64,000 nucleotides of DNA from assembly GCA_964573055.1 (NCBI GenBank), contig CAZNIG010000009.1, positions 103 through 64,102 of the forward strand, written 5' to 3'. The notes under the pieces are model-generated. The model was not told the origin of the DNA, made no database searches, and worked only from the letters and a program-made list of their open reading frames with translations. The position numbers were made by a program, and so were the translations under genes. Of the stretch, positions 57,597-64,000 are shown one piece after another (within the stretch, counting starts at the first letter, position 1; every line of letters begins with the position of its first letter). The DNA is from an uncultured Dehalococcoidia bacterium (lineage in GTDB: Bacteria > Chloroflexota > Dehalococcoidia > Lucifugimonadales > UBA2985).

Positions 57597-58343
57597 ATGA
57601 AAAATGTAAAAGCATTAATCTTCGATGTCTTCGGGACTGTGGTAGATTGGCGTACATCCGTCATAGACGAATGCCTCGAGCTAGCTAAAGCCAATAACAT
57701 ACATGCAGACTGGGGCCAATTCGCAGATGCATGGAGAGCGAAGTATGGCCCATTCATGAACAAAGTGCGCACTAAAGAGCTACCATGGACCAATCTAGAT
57801 CGCCTACATAGGATGGCTCTTGACGAACTACTATCTGAATTTCATATCAACACCTTAAGCGAAGACGATAAGCATCAACTGAACCTTTGCTGGCACAGAC
57901 TGCATCCATGGCCGGATTCGGTGTCAGGCCTAACACAACTCAAGAAACATTTTCTAATTGCACCACTATCCAACGGTAACCTAGCGCTGCTGACCAACAT
58001 GGCCAAAAACGCAGGGCTACCTTGGGATTGCATACTATCTGCAGAATTGGCCAAAGCTTACAAACCAGATCCTGATGTTTACAAAATGGCAGTAAATTTG
58101 CTCGGTTTACAACCTAACCAAGTTGTTATGGTAGCAGCACACCAGGGTGACCTTAGAGCAGCAAAGAAAATAGGGCTCAAAACGGCGTTCATACCACGAC
58201 CACTTGAACACGGCCCACAAAGCAATCCTGATCTTAAACCAGATCCAGATTTCGACATTGTTGCCTCAAGCTTAGATGATTTAGCAAAAAAAATGGCATC
58301 CCAATTCACACATACACAGGGTAGTAATGCAACGTCGATATAA
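57597..58343 (+). CDS. Haloacid dehalogenase type II / HAD-superfamily hydrolase
   Basis: LIFDVFGTVVDW nucleophile motif, SNGN, and the KAYKPDPDVY motif. The start is set at the ATG giving the canonical N-terminus; ATG 57561 is also possible. Confidence 0.8.
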   Translation: MKNVKALIFDVFGTVVDWRTSVIDECLELAKANNIHADWGQFADAWRAKYGPFMNKVRTKELPWTNLDRLHRMALDELLSEFHINTLSEDDKHQLNLCWHRLHPWPDSVSGLTQLKKHFLIAPLSNGNLALLTNMAKNAGLPWDCILSAELAKAYKPDPDVYKMAVNLLGLQPNQVVMVAAHQGDLRAAKKIGLKTAFIPRPLEHGPQSNPDLKPDPDFDIVASSLDDLAKKMASQFTHTQGSNATSI

Positions 58344-58384
58344 ACAGCCTCAAGTTCGCATTTTTTGATTGGCAAAGGATAGCT

Positions 58385-58735
58385 ATGCAATTCGTTAGAA
58401 TGTACACAGGACCCGACGGAGAGTCTCATTTCGAAGAATTGGATGTGGGCTTACGACCCTCACAGGAAAATCACCGTACTGAGATGAAGAGCGCTAAGGG
58501 TATACAATTCTTGTACCAGCCTCCCGGATTCCAAATTGACATGCACCCAGCACCTAGGCGCCAATACGTAATCACGCTGCAAGGAGAAACAGAGATAATT
58601 CTTGGCGACGGCACCAGCAGGATATTTGGTACAGGGGATGTCCTTCTAGCAGAAGATCTGACTGGTAGGGGCCATATTACTCGCACTGTAGGCAATGTGG
58701 CGCGCATTTGTGCCCAAATACCACTGGAAGGATAA
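58385..58735 (+). CDS. Small cupin-fold protein
   Basis: 116 aa with a beta-rich pattern (MHPAPRRQYVITLQGETEIILGDG). Confidence 0.55.
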   Translation: MQFVRMYTGPDGESHFEELDVGLRPSQENHRTEMKSAKGIQFLYQPPGFQIDMHPAPRRQYVITLQGETEIILGDGTSRIFGTGDVLLAEDLTGRGHITRTVGNVARICAQIPLEG

Positions 58736-58899
58736 CAATGCCATCCGTCTATACCTATCCGAATGGCCCTATCAACCAACCGCACTGAAACCTTATTTAT
58801 CAGCCATACTACGCTAAAACAGTCTTACAAGACCATGTGACTCATCATACTAGAACAAGCTAGCCATTGAGATACATTTCAGATACAATGGCCGACGAT

Positions 58900-58987
58900 G
58901 GAGAGGTGGCCGAGAGGCTTATGGCGCCGTTCTCGAAAAGCGGTTCCCGCTAATACCGGGACGTGGGTTCAAATCCCACCCTCTCCG
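58900..58987 (+). tRNA. tRNA-Ser (anticodon CGA), long variable arm, CCA not fully encoded
   Basis: Manual cloverleaf. Acceptor GGAGAGG/CCTCTCC, anticodon stem CCGTT/AGCGG with loop CTCGAAA, variable stem TCCCG/CGGGA, T-arm GTGGG-TTCAAAT-CCCAC. Confidence 0.85.
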
Positions 58988-59025
58988 CAGGAGTACTCGC
59001 CTGACCATCAATGAACATCCTTAAC

Positions 59026-59115
59026 GGAGAGGTGCTGGAGCGGCCGAACAGGCGCGACTGGAAATCGCGTAGGGGAGCAATCCTCTCATGGGTTCAAATC
59101 CCATCCTCTCCGCCA
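59026..59115 (+). tRNA. tRNA-Ser (anticodon GGA), long variable arm, CCA encoded
   Basis: Manual cloverleaf. Acceptor GGAGAGG/CCTCTCC, anticodon stem CGCGA/TCGCG with loop CTGGAAA, T-arm ATGGG-TTCAAAT-CCCAT. Confidence 0.9.
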
Positions 59116-59147
59116 TAAAACGTGTAATTAAGAAAGCAGGCCACCCC

Positions 59148-59735
59148 ATGAAGCTCGGTATCATATCCGACACACACATACCAGGAGGAGCTCCTGAAGT
59201 GCCGACGCAAGTCATAAAAGCCTTCAAGGGAGTAGATCTTATCCTCCATGCCGGGAATATTTATACTAGCGATGTCCTTGACTGGCTGGAGCAAATAGCG
59301 CCCGTAAAGGCAGTAGGAAGTATGGACGGAGACCGTAGAGAACACCCCCTAGGATTCAACATGGAAGGCCATGGAGATCCAAGAATTGACAAGCAGCAAA
59401 TACTCAACATTGAGGGTCATACCATAGGCTTAGTAAACAACCTTGAGATGCGAGGAATGAGCGATGAGGTCAAACCAGGGTTCATAGGATCACAAACCTT
59501 CCAACGCAAATCGTTAACTGAGATGGTTCACGAATTTTTCGGCCAACCTGTTAACATCGTGGTATTTGGACGGACACACCACTCAATGATTGAAGAACAC
59601 GAGAAAATACTCTTTTTAAACCCTGGAAGCCCGACGCTACCCAAGAATTTGATCCAGCTCGGTTCCGTGGCAATTCTTGACTTGACTTCCAAAACCAAAT
59701 CCGCCACACTAATTGAACTATCAGAGTTGGCCTAG
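59148..59735 (+). CDS. YfcE/MJ0936-like metallophosphoesterase-fold protein, paralog 3 (most degenerate motifs)
   Basis: ISDTH is present, but HAGN replaces HxGD, LVNN replaces the (I/V)HD motif, and FGRTHH replaces GHTH. The start is set at the ATG after the tRNA; the track ORF N-terminus overlaps the tRNA. Confidence 0.7.
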   Translation: MKLGIISDTHIPGGAPEVPTQVIKAFKGVDLILHAGNIYTSDVLDWLEQIAPVKAVGSMDGDRREHPLGFNMEGHGDPRIDKQQILNIEGHTIGLVNNLEMRGMSDEVKPGFIGSQTFQRKSLTEMVHEFFGQPVNIVVFGRTHHSMIEEHEKILFLNPGSPTLPKNLIQLGSVAILDLTSKTKSATLIELSELA

Positions 59736-59952
59736 AATTGGGTCAGTTCTAAGCAGTTCATAGGCTGTAAGTTGAACACGCGGGCACACACAGATATGTT
59801 ACTGGCTAGTACCAACAAAAGCCCTTGACGGTTTGGCGCACTCCACAATAGACGCGGCCACCTATGTGCTAATTCGTTAAACAACAGCAAAACCTGAATT
59901 TCCGTCCTGTTTTTGAAACAATCCCATACCCCGATCTGGAGAAGGTTCTTCG

Positions 59953-60864
59953 ATGGAAAATTTGCGACCCCTGACAGCCTATTGCTTACTAAACCTGCTA
60001 GGGTTGTTAGTGCTCGTCGGATGCACAATAGACAGTGTAGAGACTGATAACGCGAATTTACCACATCTATATGATGATTCCAAAAGCCTGAGGGTCGCCA
60101 CCACGACCAGTTTGTACGATACTGGGCTTTGGGATCAAATTGAACATATATTTGAGAATCAATATAAGTTGGACGTTGAATTCATAACTGGAGGTAGCGG
60201 CAAGGCGATTCAACTTGGCGAAAGTGGAGACACGGACATGATAACCATCCACGACTACTCCAGAGAGCAGGCTTTCATATCGAACGGCTATGGCAATTCA
60301 CGAGAGCCATTCGCCTACAATTACTTCTTGATAATCGGACCCGAAGAAGATCCTGCAATGATCAGACATATGGACGCAGTATCGGCTTTTACCAAGATAA
60401 TCGAAAAGGGCAAGGAAAACCCAGGCTCTGTCAGATTCGCCTCAAGGGGAGATGAATCAGGGACTCACTCTCGTGAAATGCTGCTCTGGGAAAAGGCGGG
60501 CCAAAAATATGATGATGTAAGAAATTCTGGAAGGTGGTACATTGAAGCTGGTTCTGGTATGGGCGCACTGCTAATACTTAGCAACGATGAGTCGGCATAT
60601 ACACTTACCGACATTGGCACGTATTTGGTGTATAAAGATAAATTGGAGTTAGTACCGTTAGTAAGTATAGGCGAGGATTTACTAAACATCTACTCAGCTA
60701 TCGCGGTAAATTCCACCAGGCATCCAAACGTGAAAACAAACTTGTCAGAGATATTCATAGAGTTTCTCCTATCAGATGAGACACAAAGATTGATCGCATC
60801 ATTTGGTATCGACGAATATGGAACTTCAATATTTAGCCCAGTGGCTGGCCTGAGTGACAAATGA
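59953..60864 (+). CDS. tupA: Tungstate/oxyanion ABC transporter substrate-binding lipoprotein, TupA-like
   Basis: Lipobox LVLVGC, and the RVATTTSLYDTGL motif (the TTTS signature of TupA-type binding proteins). Confidence 0.7.
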   Translation: MENLRPLTAYCLLNLLGLLVLVGCTIDSVETDNANLPHLYDDSKSLRVATTTSLYDTGLWDQIEHIFENQYKLDVEFITGGSGKAIQLGESGDTDMITIHDYSREQAFISNGYGNSREPFAYNYFLIIGPEEDPAMIRHMDAVSAFTKIIEKGKENPGSVRFASRGDESGTHSREMLLWEKAGQKYDDVRNSGRWYIEAGSGMGALLILSNDESAYTLTDIGTYLVYKDKLELVPLVSIGEDLLNIYSAIAVNSTRHPNVKTNLSEIFIEFLLSDETQRLIASFGIDEYGTSIFSPVAGLSDK

Positions 60865-60928
60865 TCAGTATTTTTGACCCGAAATTAGAATGGCTAATAG
60901 CTAACAAATCAAACCCAGAGTTTAGTAA

Positions 60929-61618
60929 ATGGATCTCCTGCTAGATAGCTTATCAACTGCGCTAAGATTGATAATTACTGGAGACCGTGATGTATTAAGC
61001 ATTACGGCTACAACACTATTTATTTCAATAATTTCTATAACTACCTCTTCTATGATCTTCATTCCAATTGGAAGTTATATTTACTTCCACGAGTTTCCAG
61101 GTAAAAGTGCTCTTATAACATTAATTCAAACTCTATACAGCCTACCAACCGTTTTCGTGGGGCTAATGGTATTTCTGGTTTTCTCAAATGAAGGCCCTTT
61201 GGGAGACACTAGGATTCTCTTCTCTAAAGCCGCTATCATTATTGGTCACATCATACTGATATCACCAATAATCACCGGGCTAACAATATCCGCATTAAAA
61301 AGCGTACCGGCCGAGATTCGTGATACAGCTGTTTCGATGGGTGCAAACAGAATACAAACCATTCTAGCCATGATCAGGGAAGCAAGATATGGCATATCTA
61401 CCGCCATAATATTGGGCTTCGGCCGAGCTATCTCGGAAATTGGTCTAGCCATAATAGTAGGCGGGAACATACGATACAATACCAGAACGTTGACTACCGC
61501 AATGTCGCTAGAGACATCAAACGGCAATTTCGAGTTGTCAATGGCTTTAGGAATCATACTTGTATCTCTTTCTCTAGGCGTAAACATCTTGGTTGGATTA
61601 CTAAGGGAACGGTACTAG
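60929..61618 (+). CDS. tupB: ABC transporter permease, TupB-like
   Basis: Membrane protein with about 5-6 TM helices and an EAA-like loop, lying between the binding-protein and ATPase genes. Confidence 0.7.
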   Translation: MDLLLDSLSTALRLIITGDRDVLSITATTLFISIISITTSSMIFIPIGSYIYFHEFPGKSALITLIQTLYSLPTVFVGLMVFLVFSNEGPLGDTRILFSKAAIIIGHIILISPIITGLTISALKSVPAEIRDTAVSMGANRIQTILAMIREARYGISTAIILGFGRAISEIGLAIIVGGNIRYNTRTLTTAMSLETSNGNFELSMALGIILVSLSLGVNILVGLLRERY

Positions 61619-61621
61619 GTT

Positions 61622-62692
61622 ATGGTAACAATAAATAATCTTCATATGCTTTACGGTAAGACATCTGTACTCACTAATATCAACCTTGAGGCACCCAAGC
61701 AAAGTGTGACGGCAATTATTGGCCCAAGCGGGTCTGGCAAAACCACCCTTCTTCGTTTGATTAACCTACTAGAGCACCCAACTTCAGGAACGATATCTTT
61801 TGATGGCATAGCCAATATGTCTTCATTAAAAAACCCCCTAGAGTTAAGAAGAAGAATGGCGATGGTATTTCAGAAGCCCGTATTATTCAAGGGTAATGTT
61901 TACTACAATGTAGCTTATGGATTGAAGGTTCGAAATACTGAGCAATCGATAGTCGCTAGCTTGGTGCAACAAGCTCTTGAAATGGTAGGGCTGGAAGGAT
62001 ACGAAAAACGTGATCCACTAACCCTATCTGGAGGAGAAGTACAGCGGGTAGCCCTAGCCAGAGCCATTGTTACCAAACCCGAACTTCTATTACTAGATGA
62101 ACCGACCGCCAACCTGGACCCAGTATCTACCACAATGGTAGAAACTATATTCTCACGGGTAATCGGTGAAATGGGGACCACGGTAATAATATCTACGCAT
62201 GACATGTCTCAAGGACAAAGAATGGCCAATCAAGTGGGAGTGCTTGTCGGCGGGGAGATCCTGCACATAGGAAATCCTCTCGAGGTTTTTAATATGCCGA
62301 AAGATTTGCAAGTAGCGCAATTCGTCGGTATTGAAAACATGCTGCGAGGTACCATAACTGCTAACCGAGATGGCATTGTAAACGTCGAAGTTGGCGATTG
62401 GCTGCTAGAAGGTATATCTAATCTCGACGTTGGAACTAATGTGACAGCTTGTATCAGACCAGAAGCGATTACATTGAGTACAGAGCAAACCTCGACAAGC
62501 GCAAGAAATTCATTTTACGGGGCCATAAATGCTATAACAGCGTCTGGCCCAGTTACTCATGTAAACATAGATTGCGGCATACCTATACTCGCAACAGTTA
62601 CAAGTAAATCATCTGATGAAATGAACCTAGCGGAGGGAACCCTAGTATCCGCCATTTTTAAAGCTACCGCGGTTCATATTTTGCCTAACTGA
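61622..62692 (+). CDS. tupC: ABC transporter ATP-binding protein with a C-terminal TOBE/Mop-like domain, TupC-like
   Basis: Walker A GPSGSGKTT, signature LSGGEVQRV, Walker B LLLDEPT, and a C-terminal extension of about 120 aa. Confidence 0.8.
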   Translation: MVTINNLHMLYGKTSVLTNINLEAPKQSVTAIIGPSGSGKTTLLRLINLLEHPTSGTISFDGIANMSSLKNPLELRRRMAMVFQKPVLFKGNVYYNVAYGLKVRNTEQSIVASLVQQALEMVGLEGYEKRDPLTLSGGEVQRVALARAIVTKPELLLLDEPTANLDPVSTTMVETIFSRVIGEMGTTVIISTHDMSQGQRMANQVGVLVGGEILHIGNPLEVFNMPKDLQVAQFVGIENMLRGTITANRDGIVNVEVGDWLLEGISNLDVGTNVTACIRPEAITLSTEQTSTSARNSFYGAINAITASGPVTHVNIDCGIPILATVTSKSSDEMNLAEGTLVSAIFKATAVHILPN

Positions 62693-62806
62693 TCGCATGG
62701 GAAAACAACTTTAGTTACACCCTAAGATACTGTAAGCGTGCCCATCACTTATTCCACGTTATAGCTCTGCGGATAGACCTCTAGTTTTAGGAAATATACG
62801 TGTCAG

Positions 62807-64000
62807 TCACGCGTTATCTAAGTATTCGTCTTTAGGGCGCACGTTATACGATGTAGCCCCACCAACTAAACTCTCAGCAGCCGCCCTGGCTGTATCCAAT
62901 GATGTAAAGCAAGGAATGCGTCTCTCAACCGCTGCTCTCCGGATCTGAAATCCGTCTTGCATAGGCGTACGCTCCCCCGTGTCTGTATTCACGATAGCAT
63001 CAACAGTTCCATCCGCGATTACATCAACGACGTTCGGATGGCCTTCGCTAAGTTTCTTCGTTATCATAGTAACAGGAAGGCCCAACCCTTTTACCATGGC
63101 AGCGGTACCTTCAGTCGCATATAATTCACACCCAGCACCAGCAAGTTCTCGTATAAGCGGCACTGATTCAAGTTTGTCATTATCAGCAATACTCAGAAGA
63201 ACCGAGCCATTCGGTCGAAATGTCATACCACCAGCTATGAGTGCCTTTGCAAAGGCGCTTTTAAAATCCACATCTATACCCATTACCTCGCCAGTCGATT
63301 TCATTTCCGGGCCAAGATACGTGTCTACACCGGCCAACTTCGACATAGAAAATACCGGGGCTTTTACACCAACCAATCTTTGGCGCTTCCAGAGGCCTCC
63401 TGCATAACCCATATCAAGAAGAGTCCTGCCAAGCATTACCTTGGTAGCCAAATTTACCATCGGCACGCCAGTGACTTTAGACAGGAATGGGACAGTACGG
63501 CTGGCCCTAGGGTTCACTTCAAGTACATAAACTGCACTCTCTATGTGTTCTCGATGTTCAGTTAAGCTACGATAGGGACTGCCGCCTACTATCACATATT
63601 GGATGTTCATCAGGCCACGGACATCCAAGGCTAATGCAATTCTGGTGGTGTAATCTACAAAAGATTCCACTTCCGATTCACTAAGGTTGATGCCAGGATA
63701 AATAGCCATGGAGTCGCCACTATGCACTCCGGCCCTTTCAACATGCTCCATTATTCCTGGTATTAAGACGGTTTCACCGTCACAGATCGCATCAAGCTCT
63801 ACTTCACGGCCACTAAGATATTTGTCTATCAAAATAGTTCGCCCTGCTGCTATTTCGGTAGCAGCATTCACATAACGTATAAGCTCTGTTGGATTCTGGA
63901 CGATCTCCATAGCTCGTCCACCAAGAACATAGCTGGGTCTTACCAATACCGGATACCCTATTCTATCAGCCACTTCCAGTGCTTCTTGAAGGGATGTTAT
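62807..64000 (-). CDS. carB: Carbamoyl-phosphate synthase large subunit, C-terminal part (second ATP-grasp end plus MGS-like allosteric domain); the 5' end lies outside the window
   Basis: GYPVLVRPSYVLGGRAMEIV and EVNPRASRTVPFLSKVTG motifs. The frame stays open to the window edge. Confidence 0.9.
   Translation of the reverse strand: MTSLQEALEVADRIGYPVLVRPSYVLGGRAMEIVQNPTELIRYVNAATEIAAGRTILIDKYLSGREVELDAICDGETVLIPGIMEHVERAGVHSGDSMAIYPGINLSESEVESFVDYTTRIALALDVRGLMNIQYVIVGGSPYRSLTEHREHIESAVYVLEVNPRASRTVPFLSKVTGVPMVNLATKVMLGRTLLDMGYAGGLWKRQRLVGVKAPVFSMSKLAGVDTYLGPEMKSTGEVMGIDVDFKSAFAKALIAGGMTFRPNGSVLLSIADNDKLESVPLIRELAGAGCELYATEGTAAMVKGLGLPVTMITKKLSEGHPNVVDVIADGTVDAIVNTDTGERTPMQDGFQIRRAAVERRIPCFTSLDTARAAAESLVGGATSYNVRPKDEYLDNA

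Noticed and set aside
59736-59952. A possible Moco/Tuco riboswitch upstream of tupA. The short region upstream of moaA (29686-29780) was checked as well.
   Set aside because: I could not find the conserved Moco-motif elements or a plausible multi-stem architecture. The moaA upstream region is too short. The class is rejected without a covariance-model search, which would be decisive.
58900-62692. A genomic island integrated at the tandem tRNA-Ser genes.
   Set aside because: There is no integrase and no direct repeat of the tRNA 3' end downstream. I see no obvious compositional shift by eye. The downstream genes (metallophosphoesterase paralog, tupABC) are ordinary chromosomal functions.
1-64000. 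A search for CRISPR arrays, transposases, integrases, phage genes, toxin-antitoxin pairs, restriction-modification or other defence modules, and long direct or inverted repeats.
   Set aside because: No repeat-spacer periodicity is visible and no ORF carries recognisable mobile-element or defence signatures. Every large ORF is explained by a housekeeping or metabolic family. The longest non-coding stretch is only about 440 bp.

Overview
This is a 64-kb chromosomal window from a moderate-GC bacterium. It is gene-dense (about 90% coding) and dominated by housekeeping and central-metabolism genes. The gene content (DUF5679 mini-protein, MqnA/MqnD-family gene, class I aldolase, many CoA and oxidoreductase paralogs) suggests a Chloroflexota-like (Dehalococcoidia/SAR202-type) or actinobacterial lineage, with low confidence.

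Recognisable blocks:
- tyrS 3' end, then a serC-like aminotransferase and serA.
- hbd, dienelactone hydrolase and a TPP enzyme.
- rpmH-rnpA-yidD-[PQQ propeller]-yidC-jag.
- An orphan xanthine-dehydrogenase-family Mo subunit next to a truncated acyl-CoA dehydrogenase.
- tsaD.
- A phosphate module: OmpR-type regulator, PhoR-like kinase, DUF47, PiT and a phosphotriesterase-like gene.
- moaA-rdgB-fba-fbp.
- A DUF2520-panB-panC pantothenate operon.
- surE, an MqnA/D-like gene and ogt.
- Three YfcE-like metallophosphoesterase paralogs.
- dnaE, larC plus a MIP channel, a CPA2 antiporter, a CNNM/CorC protein, glmU and msrB.
- A TupABC-type tungstate transporter and the carB 3' end.

There are five tRNAs: Gln-TTG, Ser-TGA, Arg-CCG, Ser-CGA and Ser-GGA. 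Two conserved small genes fall below the ORF-track cutoff: rpmH and a DUF5679 zinc-ribbon protein.

I see no CRISPR array, transposase, integrase, phage genes or recognisable defence system. I do not see a convincing novel multi-gene system.

The items most worth follow-up:
1. An orphan promoter-hairpin-terminator unit (candidate sRNA or attenuator) between fbp and a DmpA-like peptidase.
2. The metallophosphoesterase-like trio, with progressively degenerate catalytic motifs.
3. A beta-propeller lipoprotein inserted into the yidD/yidC cluster.
4. A 107-nt out-of-frame yidC/jag overlap that encodes the basic YidC tail.
5. A larC-aquaporin pairing.

All family assignments come from motif recognition by eye. 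No searches were run.
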